Below the pieces are notes generated by a model. The model saw nothing but the letters and a program-made list of their open reading frames with translations, was not told the origin of the DNA and made no database searches. From Gallionella sp. (GTDB lineage Bacteria > Pseudomonadota > Gammaproteobacteria > Burkholderiales > Gallionellaceae): a stretch of 49,551 bases of DNA. Of this stretch, positions 28,453 to 40,402 are shown in pieces. Position numbers and translations under genes: made by a program. Position 1 is the stretch's first letter. Every line of letters begins with the position of its first letter. The stretch spans positions 1 to 49,551 of the forward strand of contig JANLIB010000164.1 of assembly GCA_024653675.1 (NCBI GenBank). Direction: 5' to 3'.

Positions 28453-28992
28453 TTACTTGACGACTGTGTTGCCGGTACTGGTTTCGCTCTCGCCGCCGTG
28501 CGTGCCGGTGGATAGATGCTGGATCACCATGTCGGTGATGTCTATCCTGGGATTGCGATACACCGCTTCCTGCAGGATCAGGTCGTATTTTTCAGCATCG
28601 GCGATCGCCTGTATCGCCTTGTTGGCCTGCTCCAGCACCATGGCCAGTTCTTCGTTCTTGCGCAGATTCAGGTCTTCGCGAAACTCGCGCTGCATGCGTT
28701 GCAGGTTCACATTCAAGGCTGACAATTCGCGCTCCTTGTTGCGCCTGTCGGCCTCAGACAGTTTCCCATCTTCCTTTTCCACCTCGGCCTGCAATTCCCT
28801 GGCCTGTTTCATCAGCTTCTTGATCTCCAGATCGCGCCCGGAAAATTCCTTTTCGATCTTCTTCTCTGCCTTGATCGCGGGTTCGGACTCGCGCAACACG
28901 CGTTCGGTATCCACCACGCCCACTTTGAAATCCGCAGCCTGGACCACGCCGGCGCTCAGCAACAGAGCCAACATAATAATCATCGTTTTCAT
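28453..28992 (-). CDS. skp: Periplasmic chaperone Skp/OmpH
   Basis: Signal peptide, KVGVVDTERVLRES, REFREDLNLRKNEE, YDLIL, IDIT. Confidence 0.93.
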   Translation of the reverse strand: MKTMIIMLALLLSAGVVQAADFKVGVVDTERVLRESEPAIKAEKKIEKEFSGRDLEIKKLMKQARELQAEVEKEDGKLSEADRRNKERELSALNVNLQRMQREFREDLNLRKNEELAMVLEQANKAIQAIADAEKYDLILQEAVYRNPRIDITDMVIQHLSTGTHGGESETSTGNTVVK

Positions 28993-29017
28993 TGCCTGCT
29001 CCTTACACATCATAAAA

Positions 29018-29072
29018 CGTAGCTTGTAGCTCGTAGCTTGTAGCCAAGCGGGTTTGCTACCGGCTACACGCT
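29018..29072. repeat. Heptamer tandem repeats in inverted arrangement
   Basis: cgtagct-tgtagct-cgtagct-tgtagcc ... gctaccg-gctacac-gct. Confidence 0.7.
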
Positions 29073-29074
29073 GA

Positions 29075-31366
29075 TCAGAACATCGAACCCAAAGTAAACT
29101 GGAATCTCTGCAACTTGTCTTCCGGCTGCTTATCAATCGGCACCGCATAACTGAATTTAAGCGGCCCTACCGGCGACAACCAGGTAAAAGCCACACCGCT
29201 AGAATAACGCAAACCGGCGCTTCCCGGCAGATCCCCCGGCCCATAAACCGCGCCCGCATCAACAAACCCGCTCAAACGCACGGATTTTTCCTTGCCCATA
29301 CCCGGGAATGGCATCATCAGCTCCACCCCGCCGACCACGCGTTTGGTGCCGCCCAATACCGCACCCGTCGCATCGCGCGGGCCGAGGGAATTGGCCTCAT
29401 AACCGCGCACCGAGCCGCTGCCGCCGGCATAAAAATTCTTGAAGAACGGCAATGGCCTGCCGTCATAGCCGCCTGCGATACCGGCCTCGCCACTCAGCAG
29501 CAACGTAAGATCGCCTTTCACCGGATAAAACAACTGATGCTGATAATTCGCTTTATAGTAGCGTATCTCATACACCGGCAAGGCAATTTCGGTAAAAGCG
29601 CGCTGCACCGTTCCTTCGGTAGTATAGATTGCACTGTCGCGGGTGTCCCTGCTCCAGCCTATCGTTCCCAGCCAGGTGCTGTTTGTATTTCCGAATGTAC
29701 CGATATAATCCAGCAACCTCGTGGGGCTGGTTGAAAACAACCCCAACTCGGTCCTTTCGATCGCCAGGCCATAGCTGATGCCGGTATCTTCTCCTATAGG
29801 CACCCCGAAACGCACGCCAGCTCCCAACGTGTGGGACGAGTATTGGCTGACCGCGGTGCTTTGCGAATCGGTGTTGCGCTTGTATACGTCAAAACCGCGG
29901 CTCACGCCATCATCGGTGAAATAGGGATTGGTGTGGGAAATCGAGTAGACCTGGTTAACCTTTCCAGTGTTGACCTGGGTGGAAAGCTGATTGCCGCTGC
30001 CGAACAGATTTGCCTGAGTCACTCCCGCGCTCAGCACAAGACCCTCGCCGCTATTGAATCCCGCTCCGACGGAGATGTTGCCGGTCGATTTCTCCTTGAC
30101 TGCAATATTGACATCCATCTGGTCCGCCACGCCCTGCACCTGCGGAGTCTCGATATTCACCTCTGAAAAGAAATCCAGCCTGTCCACGCGCTGCTTTGAC
30201 TTCTTGATCTTGGCCACATCGAACCACCCGCCCTCGATCTGGCGGAATTCGCGGCGTATCACTTCATCGCGAGTCTTGTTGTTCCCCGATACGTTGATGC
30301 GGCGGATATACACGCGCTGGCCGGGATCCACAACAAAGTTGAACGAGACCTTGTGATGTTCCTTGTCGATCTCGGGTATCGCATTCACATTGGCAAAAGC
30401 ATAGCCCTCCTCGCCAAGCCGCTCGCCGATCTTCTGGCTGGTTCCGGTCAATGCCTTGCGTGAAAAAGTGTCGCCCGGTTTCACCTGCACGAGTTTCTCG
30501 ATCTCGGCTTTGGGGACCAGCATCTCACCGGAAACGCTCACCTTCTCCACGGTATATTTCGCACCCTCGGTGAGGTTGACCGTGATGTAGATATCCTTCT
30601 TGTCCGGGGTTATCGAAACCTGGGTGGAATCGATATTGAATTCCAGATAGCCGTTGTCCATATAGAATGAGCGCAGCGCTTCCAGGTCAGCCGACAGTTT
30701 TTGCTTGGAGTACTGGTCCCTGCTGCTGAACCAGCTGAACCACCCTGGGATGCCGAGATCCATCAGATCCAGCAACTCGTCTTCTTTGTAGTCACGGTTG
30801 CCGACCAGGTTGATCTGCTTGATTTTGGAGACTTCGCCCTCAACCACGTTGAACACGACGCTGACCCGATTGCGCTCAAGCTCGGTGACGGTGGTCGTAA
30901 CCGAGACGCCATATTTGCCGCGAGCGACGTACTGGCGCTTCAGCTCCTGGGTGGCCTTGTCCAGCGCGCCCTTGTCGAAAATCCGCGCCTCGGCCAGACC
31001 CGCATATTTCATGCTCTCCTTAAGCTGGTCCTTGGGGAAGTCCTTGGCTCCATTGATCTCGATGCTCGCGATCGAAGGGCGCTCGTGCACCTGCACGATC
31101 AATACCCCGTGATCGACCTTCAGCTTTACATCCTTGAAAAATCCGGTGGCATACAAGGCGTGAATCGCGGCAGCGGACTGCTGGTCGTCCATGGTGTCGC
31201 CGACCTTGACGGGCAAATAGCTGAAAACCGTGCCGGCCTCGGTGCGCTGTATGCCCTCGACACGAATATCCTTGACGGTAAACGGCTGGATTGCCCATGC
31301 GGAAGAAATCCAGGCGGCAGACATACAGAGCAGGAATTTCAATCTCCCCGGCTTTTTATTATTCAT
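29075..31366 (-). CDS. bamA: Outer membrane protein assembly factor BamA
   Basis: POTRA repeats, VRGYEANSLGP, SPVGPL, C-terminal FQFTLGSMF. Confidence 0.97.
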   Translation of the reverse strand: MNNKKPGRLKFLLCMSAAWISSAWAIQPFTVKDIRVEGIQRTEAGTVFSYLPVKVGDTMDDQQSAAAIHALYATGFFKDVKLKVDHGVLIVQVHERPSIASIEINGAKDFPKDQLKESMKYAGLAEARIFDKGALDKATQELKRQYVARGKYGVSVTTTVTELERNRVSVVFNVVEGEVSKIKQINLVGNRDYKEDELLDLMDLGIPGWFSWFSSRDQYSKQKLSADLEALRSFYMDNGYLEFNIDSTQVSITPDKKDIYITVNLTEGAKYTVEKVSVSGEMLVPKAEIEKLVQVKPGDTFSRKALTGTSQKIGERLGEEGYAFANVNAIPEIDKEHHKVSFNFVVDPGQRVYIRRINVSGNNKTRDEVIRREFRQIEGGWFDVAKIKKSKQRVDRLDFFSEVNIETPQVQGVADQMDVNIAVKEKSTGNISVGAGFNSGEGLVLSAGVTQANLFGSGNQLSTQVNTGKVNQVYSISHTNPYFTDDGVSRGFDVYKRNTDSQSTAVSQYSSHTLGAGVRFGVPIGEDTGISYGLAIERTELGLFSTSPTRLLDYIGTFGNTNSTWLGTIGWSRDTRDSAIYTTEGTVQRAFTEIALPVYEIRYYKANYQHQLFYPVKGDLTLLLSGEAGIAGGYDGRPLPFFKNFYAGGSGSVRGYEANSLGPRDATGAVLGGTKRVVGGVELMMPFPGMGKEKSVRLSGFVDAGAVYGPGDLPGSAGLRYSSGVAFTWLSPVGPLKFSYAVPIDKQPEDKLQRFQFTLGSMF

Positions 31367-31369
31367 TAT

Positions 31370-32725
31370 TTAACCTGAAACAAGACGGCTTATATCGTTG
31401 TAAATGGCGAATACCATCAGCGTGCCGAGCAGTGCGATGCCGATCTTCTGGCCTATTTCCCATGCCTGCTCGGAGACCGGGCTGCCCTTGAGCAATTCCG
31501 CGACATAATACAGCAAGTGCCCCCCATCCAATAACGGAACAGGCAGCAAATTCAGCACTCCCAGGCTGATGCTGATCAATGCAAGAAAGCTCAGATAAGC
31601 CGCCAGACCTATTTTTGCGGATTGCCCGGCGTAATCGGCGATGGTGATCGGGCCGCTCAGATTTTTCACCGATATTTCACCAAGCACCATCTTGCCCAGC
31701 ATTTTCAGGCTGACCGCAGAAGTTTCCCAGGTTTTGCGCAGCGAATGCGCCAATGCTTCGACCGGGCCGTACTTCACCTCGATAAGCATCGCCTGCCATG
31801 CGGCTTGATCCACTTTTGGCGCCGCGCCAATCTTGCCCACCATCTTGCCATTTTCGGCAACGGCCTGCGGAACAACCGGTACGTTCAACGTCATCTCGCC
31901 GCGCCGGATATCGAACTGAACAGCTTGATCGGGATGCGTCCGCACCGCTTCGACCAGATCGCTCCAGCGCTGCATCGCCACCCCATTGGCGCGCAGGATA
32001 TGATCGCCTTCCTGCAAGCCGGCACGCTTAGCCACGCTATCCTCTACGATCTTGCCGATGATGGGCAGAACGACCGGCTGGCGCAAATGCAATCCCAATT
32101 TATCAAAGAACTCGCCATCCAGATCCTTTGCCTCCACAGCGCTGATGTCCAGCCTGTGGAAAAGCGTCTCGCCCTGCGCGCTGCGCGCCTCTATCGTCAC
32201 CTCATCCTGGCGAAGCGTCAGGTCCAGCAACTGCCAGCGCAATTCCTGCCAGCTCGGAATCACTTCGCCATTGATGCTGAGCAGGGTTTCGTCCGGCCGC
32301 ATCTGCGCAGAGGCTGCCGGAGTGCCCGGCGGCACGTCGCCCAGCACCGGCTTCAATCCCGGCACGCCATAGACGAACAATGCCCAATACAACACGATGG
32401 CCAGCAGGAAATTCGCCAACGGACCGGCCGCCACGATCGCCATGCGCTGCAACACAGGCTTGCGATTGAAGGCGTATGGAATATCTTCCGGCGCAACCTC
32501 TTCCTCGCGCTCGTCCACCATCTTGACGTAGCCGCCCAGCGGGATCGCGGAGATCACCCACTCGGTGCCGCTGCCGGCAAAACGTTTGCTGTAGATCACT
32601 TTGCCGAAACCCACCGAAAAACGCAGCACTTTCACGTCAAAACGGCGCGCCACCCAATAGTGCCCAAGTTCATGGAACACCACCAGCAGCGCGATCGCGC
32701 CGGCAAATGCGAGTAAAGTAATCAT
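31370..32725 (-). CDS. rseP: RIP metalloprotease RseP
   Basis: HELGH, IPLGGYVKM, two PDZ domains, NLLPVPLLDGGH. Confidence 0.97.
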   Translation of the reverse strand: MITLLAFAGAIALLVVFHELGHYWVARRFDVKVLRFSVGFGKVIYSKRFAGSGTEWVISAIPLGGYVKMVDEREEEVAPEDIPYAFNRKPVLQRMAIVAAGPLANFLLAIVLYWALFVYGVPGLKPVLGDVPPGTPAASAQMRPDETLLSINGEVIPSWQELRWQLLDLTLRQDEVTIEARSAQGETLFHRLDISAVEAKDLDGEFFDKLGLHLRQPVVLPIIGKIVEDSVAKRAGLQEGDHILRANGVAMQRWSDLVEAVRTHPDQAVQFDIRRGEMTLNVPVVPQAVAENGKMVGKIGAAPKVDQAAWQAMLIEVKYGPVEALAHSLRKTWETSAVSLKMLGKMVLGEISVKNLSGPITIADYAGQSAKIGLAAYLSFLALISISLGVLNLLPVPLLDGGHLLYYVAELLKGSPVSEQAWEIGQKIGIALLGTLMVFAIYNDISRLVSG

Positions 32726-32744
32726 TCTAAAAACCTCAATTCAA

Positions 32745-32813
32745 GCCACAGAGTACACAGAGTGCACAGAGAATGCGCTGGTTATTTTCTGTGCACTCTG
32801 CGATCTCTGTGGC
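32745..32813. repeat. CCACAGAG(9-mer)x3 inverted doublet
   Basis: gccacagagtacacagagtgcacagaga ... tctgtgcactctgcgatctctgtggc. Confidence 0.8.
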
Positions 32814-32824
32814 ACAAGTTTTAT

Positions 32825-32954
32825 GGAAGCGCTGAACAAGTCCGTTCGCCCTGAGCTTGTCGAAGGGTCGTTGAACTAACACATTGAATGTAAATCGTCC
32901 TCCATTCATGGTTCGACAAGCTCACCACGAACGGAGGACTTGTTCAGCGTTTCC
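32825..32954. mobile_element. MITE shell carrying a CCGTTCG/GTCGAAG palindrome pair
   Basis: TIR ggaagcgctgaacaagtc / gacttgttcagcgtttcc around ccgttcgccctgagcttgtcgaaggg ... ttcgacaagctcaccacgaacgg. Confidence 0.82.
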
Positions 32955-32964
32955 TTATTGTGGT

Positions 32965-34146
32965 TCATCTTGAAAATTTGCTAATTTGTCGTTGTGCGGC
33001 GCGGCGCGCCCCGGCATCGGCATCAAGCACATCATCCAGACTGTTGACAGCGCCAATCTGCGAGGAGTTCAACACGGCTTCGATCACGCGCGGGATGGAA
33101 GGGAACGCAATTTGCCTGTCGAGAAAAGCGGCTACCGCCACTTCGTTCGCGGCATTCAAAATTGCAGGAGCAGTCCCTGCCAAGCGCAGCGCCTGGTAGG
33201 CCAGCGCAAGACAGGGAAAGCGCTCAAAGTCGGGCGCGGTGAAATTCAGCGTCGCCACCTTGAACAGATCCAGCGCCGCCACCCCGGAATCGATGCGCTC
33301 CGGATAAGCCAGCCCGTAGGCGATCGGCGTGCGCATGTCGGGGTTGCCGAGCTGCGCCAGCACCGAGCCGTCCACATATTCGACCAGCGAATGGATTACG
33401 CTCTGCGGATGCACCACCACCTGAATGTCGTCGGCAGCAGCGTTGAACAACCAGTGCGCCTCGATGACCTCCAGCCCCTTGTTCATCATGCTGGCCGAGT
33501 CCACCGATATCTTGCGCCCCATCACCCAGTTAGGGTGCGCGCAAGCCTGCTCCGGCGTAACGTTCAGAAGCTCACTCAACGGCGTATCGCGGAACGGACC
33601 GCCCGACGCGGTAAGTAAAATGCGGCGCACCCCATTGCCGGCCAGATCGCCGTCATAGCCGCGCGGCAAAGCCTGGAATATCGCATTATGCTCGCTGTCT
33701 ACCGGCAGCAGCACAGCGCCGCTGGCGCGCACCGCATCCATGAACACATTGCCCGCCATTACCAGCGTCTCTTTGTTCGCCAGCAATATTTTCTTGCCCG
33801 CATGCGCCGCTGCCAGCGTGGGCCGCAGTCCCGCCGCGCCGACGATGGCTGCCATCACTGCGTCCGCCTCAGGCAATGTCGCGACCTGCTCCAGCGCGGT
33901 AATTCCGCACAGCACTTCAGTGCTCAAACCCGCTTCACGCACACGCTGCCGCAACTGCGCTGCGGCATCCTCATCCAGCAACACCGCATAGCGCGGCTTG
34001 AATTGCCGGCATTGCCGGAGCAGCAGATCGGCCTGGCTGTTTGCCGTCAGTGCAACGACCTGAAATTTATCGGGATGGCGCGCCACCACGTCCAGCGTGC
34101 TGGTGCCGATACTGCCGGTGGAACCGAGAATGGTGATTCGCTGCAT
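32965..34146 (-). CDS. dxr: 1-deoxy-D-xylulose-5-phosphate reductoisomerase
   Basis: [39 protein letters not shown]. Confidence 0.98.
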   Translation of the reverse strand: MQRITILGSTGSIGTSTLDVVARHPDKFQVVALTANSQADLLLRQCRQFKPRYAVLLDEDAAAQLRQRVREAGLSTEVLCGITALEQVATLPEADAVMAAIVGAAGLRPTLAAAHAGKKILLANKETLVMAGNVFMDAVRASGAVLLPVDSEHNAIFQALPRGYDGDLAGNGVRRILLTASGGPFRDTPLSELLNVTPEQACAHPNWVMGRKISVDSASMMNKGLEVIEAHWLFNAAADDIQVVVHPQSVIHSLVEYVDGSVLAQLGNPDMRTPIAYGLAYPERIDSGVAALDLFKVATLNFTAPDFERFPCLALAYQALRLAGTAPAILNAANEVAVAAFLDRQIAFPSIPRVIEAVLNSSQIGAVNSLDDVLDADAGARRAAQRQISKFSR

Positions 34147-34152
34147 GATTTT

Positions 34153-34977
34153 TTATTTTATCTGTTGCAGCAGGATCACCAGCGCGGCGAGCGGCAAGGT
34201 CGAGGTCAATGCATCGATGCGATCCAGCAATCCGCCGTGCCCCGGCAGCAGCGCGCCGCTGTCCTTTACCCCGGCCTGGCGCTTGATGGCCGACTCGAAC
34301 AAATCGCCGATCACCGCCAGCCCCACCCACCACCATGAGGCCAGCAACAGGATAGGCAGCGCTTCGCGCCGGTCAGAATCGGGACTGAAGCTCCACACCA
34401 GCGCCACATAAACCGTTACCCCCAGCATCGCGCCGACGACTCCTTCCCATGTCTTGCCGGGGCTGATGCTGGGAGCGAGTTTATTTTTGCCGAATCTCCG
34501 TCCGGCAAAATAAGCCGAAATGTCAGCGACCCATACCAGACCCATCACAAACAATAATATCCACGGGCTGATGACACGCAGATCCAGCATCGCCAGGCCG
34601 GTGGGTATCAGAACCGCCCAGCCGGTCAGCGCCATCAGCAGCGGATGGCGAACCTTCCAGCCTGCTATCAGCCAGCTCGGCACAATGATCAGCCACAGCA
34701 AGGCCGATACGGCATAGACCGCCAGATGAATATAAACCTGCTGCGCTTCGGTGGCGCCGGCATCCGTCCACAGCAACCCCAGCATCAACAACAGAGTCAG
34801 CCCCCAGTAGATATTCGCCTTCCCGCTGTTCAACCCGGACAAGCGTGACCACTCAACGGCTCCCTGCATTACCATCACCACAACCAGCGCTGCCCACGCG
34901 GCAGACGGCAGCGCAAACAACGCCGCCAGCAGCAATGCCAGCAAAATGACTGCGGTGATCACCCGCGACCTAAGCAT
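34153..34977 (-). CDS. cdsA: Phosphatidate cytidylyltransferase
   Basis: [35 protein letters not shown]. Confidence 0.96.
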   Translation of the reverse strand: MLRSRVITAVILLALLLAALFALPSAAWAALVVVMVMQGAVEWSRLSGLNSGKANIYWGLTLLLMLGLLWTDAGATEAQQVYIHLAVYAVSALLWLIIVPSWLIAGWKVRHPLLMALTGWAVLIPTGLAMLDLRVISPWILLFVMGLVWVADISAYFAGRRFGKNKLAPSISPGKTWEGVVGAMLGVTVYVALVWSFSPDSDRREALPILLLASWWWVGLAVIGDLFESAIKRQAGVKDSGALLPGHGGLLDRIDALTSTLPLAALVILLQQIK

Positions 34978-35761
34978 CGGCTTGACCTACCGGCTGCCCA
35001 TCGGCCGGTTGTTCACTGGTCAGTTGTTCGCTGGTACGGCCAAAACGCCGCTCGCGCTTCTGGTAGGAGGCGATCGCTTTTTCCAGTTCGCCAAAACCAA
35101 AGGCCGGCCAGAGTGTGCCGGTAAAATACAATTCGGTGTAAGCCAACTGCCACAACATGAAATTGCTGATGCGCTGCTCGCCGCCGGTACGGATGAACAG
35201 ATCCGGTTCGGGCGCGTCGCTCATCGAGAGATAGGGTTGCAGGTCTTCCTCGGTGAAAGTCTGCGCGAGTTGCGGACGATCCTTGAGCATCGCTTTCACC
35301 GCCTGCATCACATCCCAGCGCCCGCCATAATTCGCGGCAACGGTCAGTGTCAGCGCGGTATTTTTCGCGGTAAGCTGCTCGGCTTCCTGCATGGTCTGCC
35401 TGAGCTCGTTGTCGAAGCGGCTGCGGTCGCCGATGATTTTCAGGCGGATGTTGTTCTCGTGCAGCTTCGCGACTTCGCGCTCGAGCATTTTCAGGAACAA
35501 TGTCATCAGGAAGGAGACTTCGTCGGCAGGACGCCGCCAGTTCTCGCTGCTGAATGCGAACACCGTCAGGTATTCCACCCCCAGCTTGCGGCAGGCCTTC
35601 ACCACCTCGCGCAACACCTCCACCCCGCGCTGATGCCCGGCCACGCGCGGCATGAAACGCTTTTTTGCCCAGCGCCCATTGCCATCCATGATGATGGCGA
35701 TATGACGCGGTACCGCAGGAGCGTCGGGGATAATGCGGGTGGAGCTTTGAAATAGCGACAT
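34970..35761 (-). CDS. uppS: Undecaprenyl diphosphate synthase
   Basis: [33 protein letters not shown]. Confidence 0.97.
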   Translation of the reverse strand: MSLFQSSTRIIPDAPAVPRHIAIIMDGNGRWAKKRFMPRVAGHQRGVEVLREVVKACRKLGVEYLTVFAFSSENWRRPADEVSFLMTLFLKMLEREVAKLHENNIRLKIIGDRSRFDNELRQTMQEAEQLTAKNTALTLTVAANYGGRWDVMQAVKAMLKDRPQLAQTFTEEDLQPYLSMSDAPEPDLFIRTGGEQRISNFMLWQLAYTELYFTGTLWPAFGFGELEKAIASYQKRERRFGRTSEQLTSEQPADGQPVGQADA

Positions 35762-35762
35762 G

Positions 35763-35860
35763 ATCAGATGACAGGGGGCAGAAGACAGAGGACAGATAGT
35801 GGACGCGTGGACATATTGATGTTTTTTCTGTCTTCTGTCTTCTGTCCTCTGTCTTCTGAT
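35763..35860. repeat. Heptamer (AGACAGA/TCTGTC) tandem arrays in inverted arrangement
   Basis: cagatga-caggggg-cagaaga-cagagga-caga ... tctgtct-tctgtct-tctgtcc-tctgtct-tctga. Confidence 0.8.
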
Positions 35861-35861
35861 G

Positions 35862-36419
35862 TCAGACCGCCATCAGATCAGCTTCTTTGGCAGCCAGCGC
35901 CTTGTCGATCTCGGCGACAAAACGGTCGGTCAATTTCTGGATTTCATCCTGTGTGCGGCGCTCCTCGTCTTCCGCGATCTCTTTACTTTTGAGCGCGTCT
36001 TTGAGCGTGTTATTGGCGTCACGGCGAATGTTGCGCACCGCCACCTTGGCGGTCTCGCCCTCGGTTTTGATCACCTTGATCAGATCGCGGCGGCGTTCTT
36101 CGGTCAGCATCGGCATCGGCACACGTATCATATCGCCGCTGGTGGCGGGATTCAGCCCCAGGTCGGAATCGCGGATCGCGCGCTCCACCGGCCCGACCAT
36201 GTTCTTTTCCCACGGCTGCACACCGATGGTGCGCGCATCGATCAGAGTGACGTTGGCCACCTGCGTGATCAGAGTCGGGTTGCCGTAGTATTCTACCGTC
36301 ACATGATCCAGCAAACCGGTATGCGCGCGTCCGGTTCGCACTTTGCCCAGGTCCGCCTTCAACGCATCCAGCGACTTGTTCATCTTTTGTTCAGTGGTTT
36401 TTTTAATGTCAGCAATCAC
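35862..36419 (-). CDS. frr: Ribosome recycling factor
   Basis: [30 protein letters not shown]. Confidence 0.97.
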   Translation of the reverse strand: MIADIKKTTEQKMNKSLDALKADLGKVRTGRAHTGLLDHVTVEYYGNPTLITQVANVTLIDARTIGVQPWEKNMVGPVERAIRDSDLGLNPATSGDMIRVPMPMLTEERRRDLIKVIKTEGETAKVAVRNIRRDANNTLKDALKSKEIAEDEERRTQDEIQKLTDRFVAEIDKALAAKEADLMAV

Positions 36420-36455
36420 GGTTTAACTCCTGAATCAATCTAAAAGCACAGACGG

Positions 36456-36735
36456 TCCACGAAAAACACGAAAGGCACGAAACAAAACAATAGCTTGAAT
36501 CTGTATATGGCACCTCAAAAAATTCGTCACACCGGCAAAGGCCGGTGTCCAGCCTATTGAAAATACTGGATTCCGGCCTTCGCCGGAATGACGAAATCTG
36601 AATTTTTAGAGGTGCCCTATAGTAATTCACCTATCTAATATCGATTTACGGCATGGAATCTTTTGAACTTTTGCGCGCATTCCGCCTGGCGGCAAAATGC
36701 TTACCCCATTTCGTGCCTTTCGTGTTTTTCGTGGA
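36456..36735. mobile_element. Nested composite: CCACGAAA doublet enclosing a MITE (36508-36617) that encloses a GTCATTCCGG pair
   Basis: Inner TIR ggcacctcaaaaaattc / gaatttttagaggtgcc flanked by TATA. Confidence 0.8.
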
Positions 36736-36753
36736 CAGCTTCTTTCTTCAAGA

Positions 36754-37473
36754 TCAAACAACACGCACCAATGTCCCCTCGCCTTCGCCCATCACCACGC
36801 GCTTCAGCGCGCCTGGCTTGAAAATACTGAATACGATGATCGGCAGTTTCTGGTCGCGGCACAATGTCAATGCCGTCGCATCCATCACCTTGAGATTCTT
36901 GCTGATCGCCTCGTCAAAGCTGAGGCTCTGGTAGCGGATGGCTTCGGGATCCTTCTTCGGGTCGGCGGTATAAACACCGTCAACCTTGGTCGCCTTGATT
37001 ACCACCTCGGCGGACATCTCCACGCCGCGCAATGCGGCGGCGGTGTCGGTGGTGAAGAACGGGCTGCCGATGCCCGCCGCAAAGATCACCACCTTGCCGT
37101 CTTCCAGATAACGCATGGCCTTGCCGCGAATGAACGGCTCGGCGACCTGCTCCAGGCTCAGCGCAGACTGCACGCGGCAATCCAGCCCGGCGCGCTTCAT
37201 CGCGTCCTGCAACGCCATCGCATTCATCACCGTAGCCAGCATGCCCATGTAATCGGCGGTCGCCCTGTCCATCCCCGCCGCAGCCGGAGCCACGCCGCGA
37301 AAGATGTTGCCGCCGCCGATCACGATCGCCACTTGCACGCCCATCTCGACCACCTCGGCAATCTCGGCCACGATGCGCGCGATCACCTCGCGATTGATGC
37401 CATAGCTGTCGTCGCCCATCAGGGCTTCGCCGCTGAGCTTGAGCAGGATACGCTTGTAGGCGGGTGCGCTCAT
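36754..37473 (-). CDS. pyrH: UMP kinase
   Basis: [32 protein letters not shown]. Confidence 0.98.
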   Translation of the reverse strand: MSAPAYKRILLKLSGEALMGDDSYGINREVIARIVAEIAEVVEMGVQVAIVIGGGNIFRGVAPAAAGMDRATADYMGMLATVMNAMALQDAMKRAGLDCRVQSALSLEQVAEPFIRGKAMRYLEDGKVVIFAAGIGSPFFTTDTAAALRGVEMSAEVVIKATKVDGVYTADPKKDPEAIRYQSLSFDEAISKNLKVMDATALTLCRDQKLPIIVFSIFKPGALKRVVMGEGEGTLVRVV

Positions 37474-37478
37474 GGATA

Positions 37479-38393
37479 TCAGACCTTTGCGGCCGCTGCG
37501 GCGGCAGCCACTTCGGCTGCGTAATCTTCGACCTTCTTCTCGATACCCTCGCCCACCACAAACATCCGGAATGCCGTGACGGATGCGCCCTTGCTTTTCA
37601 GCAACTGCTCGACGGTCTGCTTGCCGTCCTCGGCCTTGACGAACACCTGGCCGAGCAACGTGACTTCCTTGAGGAACTTCTGCACCGTGCCGTCGGCGAT
37701 CTTTTCCAGCATCGCATCGGCCTTGCCGGCCTCGCGCGCCTTTTCGATCGCGATACGGCGTTCGGTCTCGATGTCCGCCGGATTCACGCCGGAGGCATCG
37801 ATCGATTTGGGTTTGCTGGCGGCAATGTGCATCGAAAGGTCGCGTCCCAGCGCTGCATCGCCGCCGGTGTAATCCAGCAACACACCGATCTTGCTGCCGT
37901 GCAGATAGCTGGACAGCTTGCCGGTGCTGGTCGCATAGCGCTCGAAACGGCGGATGCTGACGTTCTCGCCGAGCTTCATGATCAGCGCCTTGCGGGTTTC
38001 CTCCACGCTGGCCGAACTCATACTACCCGCGCCATTGGCTATCGCCATGCCGGACAGCGCGGCGATGTCGGCGGGGTCTTTCTTTGCCACGGTCTCGGCG
38101 GTATTTTTTGCGAATGCGACAAAGTCCTCGTTCTTGGCGACAAAATCGGTCTCGCAGTTCACTTCCACCACTGCACCGGTCTTGCCGTCAGGCGCGATGA
38201 ATGCGCTGACCACACCCTCGGCGGTCACACGGCTGGCCGCTTTGCTGGCCTTGGCTCCGCTCTTGATGCGCAACTGCTCTTCAGCCGCTTTCAAATCACC
38301 TTTGGATTCGACCAGCGCCTTTTTGCATTCCATCATGCCGAGACCCGTCATCTCGCGCAGTTCCTTGACCATACTTGCAGTGACTTCTGACAT
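37479..38393 (-). CDS. tsf: Elongation factor Ts
   Basis: [43 protein letters not shown]. Confidence 0.98.
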   Translation of the reverse strand: MSEVTASMVKELREMTGLGMMECKKALVESKGDLKAAEEQLRIKSGAKASKAASRVTAEGVVSAFIAPDGKTGAVVEVNCETDFVAKNEDFVAFAKNTAETVAKKDPADIAALSGMAIANGAGSMSSASVEETRKALIMKLGENVSIRRFERYATSTGKLSSYLHGSKIGVLLDYTGGDAALGRDLSMHIAASKPKSIDASGVNPADIETERRIAIEKAREAGKADAMLEKIADGTVQKFLKEVTLLGQVFVKAEDGKQTVEQLLKSKGASVTAFRMFVVGEGIEKKVEDYAAEVAAAAAAAKV

Positions 38394-38451
38394 CTTCTAC
38401 TCCGTAAAATATACGATAAAATTTTTGTAATCCAGATTGTCTCTGAATTTC

Positions 38452-38641
38452 GTAGGGTGGATAAAGGCACAATGTGCCGTATCCACCGTTGCGCATGGTG
38501 GATACATGCTGCGCACTTTATCCACCCTACCTCACTCATTCTCCCGTAGGAGCCCGATTTATCGGGCGATTGCTCTTCGCATGACGATCGCGCAACACCC
38601 AAAGGGTGCAAGAACCTCTTCGAGGTAAATTGCGCTCCTAC
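38452..38641. repeat. Two adjacent GTAG REP doublets
   Basis: gtagggtggataaag...ctttatccaccctac (38452-38530) and gtaggagcccgat...gcgctcctac (38546-38641). Confidence 0.85.
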
Positions 38642-38656
38642 AGGGCAACTACCACG

Positions 38657-40330
38657 TTAATCGGTCACCGCACCCTTGCTGGCTGATGACACCTGCTTGG
38701 CGTATTTCGCCAGCACGCCGCGCGTATAGCGGGGCTTGGGCGGCTGCCAGGCGGCGCGGCGCCGTTGCAGCTCGGCATCGTCAACGTTCAGTTGCAGCAA
38801 ACGTGCATCGGCATCGATGGTGATGGAATCACCTTCCTTCACCAGCGCGATATTTCCTCCCACAGCGGCTTCCGGCGCGACATGGCCGACCACCATGCCA
38901 TAAGTGCCGCCCGAAAAACGTCCGTCGGTGATCAGCCCGACCGAATCGCCCAGACCTTCGCCGATGATCGCCGAGGTGGGCGATAACATCTCGCGCATGC
39001 CCGGTCCGCCCTTGGGGCCTTCATAACGGATCACCACGACATCACCCGCTTTTATCTTGCGCGCGAGGATCGCTTCCATGCACGCCTCTTCCGAATCGAA
39101 CACCCGTGCCGGCCCGGTGATCTTTGCCAGCTTGACGCCGGTGATCTTCGCCACCGCGCCTTCCTGCGCGAGGTTGCCCTTGAGGATGGCCAGATGCCCC
39201 TGCGCATAAATCGGATTGCTCCACGGACGTATCACATCCTGATCATTGCGCGGCTCGGACGGCACATCCTTTAAAACTTCTGCGACGGTCTGACCGGTGA
39301 TGGTGAGCGCATCGCCGTGCAGCACACCGTGCGCGAGCAATATCTTCATCACCTGCGGAATGCCGCCGGCCTGGTGCAGATCGGTGGCGACATAACGGCC
39401 GGACGGCTTCAGATCGCACAGCACCGGCACGCGCGCGCGTATGGTTTCGATGTCGTCGATGCTGAGCGGCACCTCTGCGGCATGGGCAATGGCGAGCATG
39501 TGCAACACCGCGTTGGTGGAGCCGCCCACCGCCATGGTCACCGCGATCGCATTTTCAAACGCCTTGCGCGTCAATATCTGGCGCGGCAGGATCTGCTTCC
39601 TGATCGCGTTCACCAGAACTATGGCGGATTGCGCGGTGCTCTCCGCTTTTTCACCATCCTCCGTCGCCATCGTGGAGGAGTACATCAGGCTCATGCCCAT
39701 CGCCTCGATGATCGAAGACATCGTGTTCGCGGTATACATGCCGCCGCATGAACCCGCGCCGGGACAGGCATGGCGCTCGATCTCCAGCAGCTCGGTTTCA
39801 TCTATCTTGTGCGCGGTGTATTGCCCCACCGCCTCGAACGCGCTCACGATGGTGAGATCGCGGTCCTTGTAGTGGCCGGGCTTGATGGTGCCGCCGTAAA
39901 CGAAGATAGCCGGGATGTTCAGGCGCGCCATCGCGATCAACGCGCCCGGCATGTTCTTGTCGCAACCGCCGATGGCGATCACGCCGTCCATGCTCTGGCC
40001 GTTGCACACGACCTCGATGGAATCGGCGATCACCTCGCGCGACACCAGCGAACATTTCATGCCCTCGGTGCCCATCGAGATGCCGTCCGATATCGTGATC
40101 GTGCCGAACATCTGCGGCATGGCTCCGGCCTTTTTCAACGCGGCTTCGGCACGCGCGGCCAATTCGCCGATGCCGATATTGCATGGCGTGATGGTGCTGT
40201 GCGCGTTCGCGACGCCGACGATGGGCTTGTCGAAATCCTTGTCGCCGAATCCGACCGCGCGAAGCATGGCGCGGTTGGGCGAGCGTTGCACACCCTGGGT
40301 GACGATCTTGCTTCTGCGGTTGTCAGACAT
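38657..40330 (-). CDS. ilvD: Dihydroxy-acid dehydratase
   Basis: [50 protein letters not shown]. Confidence 0.97.
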   Translation of the reverse strand: MSDNRRSKIVTQGVQRSPNRAMLRAVGFGDKDFDKPIVGVANAHSTITPCNIGIGELAARAEAALKKAGAMPQMFGTITISDGISMGTEGMKCSLVSREVIADSIEVVCNGQSMDGVIAIGGCDKNMPGALIAMARLNIPAIFVYGGTIKPGHYKDRDLTIVSAFEAVGQYTAHKIDETELLEIERHACPGAGSCGGMYTANTMSSIIEAMGMSLMYSSTMATEDGEKAESTAQSAIVLVNAIRKQILPRQILTRKAFENAIAVTMAVGGSTNAVLHMLAIAHAAEVPLSIDDIETIRARVPVLCDLKPSGRYVATDLHQAGGIPQVMKILLAHGVLHGDALTITGQTVAEVLKDVPSEPRNDQDVIRPWSNPIYAQGHLAILKGNLAQEGAVAKITGVKLAKITGPARVFDSEEACMEAILARKIKAGDVVVIRYEGPKGGPGMREMLSPTSAIIGEGLGDSVGLITDGRFSGGTYGMVVGHVAPEAAVGGNIALVKEGDSITIDADARLLQLNVDDAELQRRRAAWQPPKPRYTRGVLAKYAKQVSSASKGAVTD

Positions 40331-40359
40331 GGTAATTACTCAATTAAAAAGGCCAGTTG

Positions 40360-40386
40360 TAAAAAAAGGGGCTCGCGCCCCTTTGT
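40360..40386 (-). terminator. Intrinsic terminator after rpsB
   Basis: Minus strand aaaggggcgcgagccccttttttt. Confidence 0.7.
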
Positions 40387-40402
40387 GCACGCTATTAAAA
40401 AC

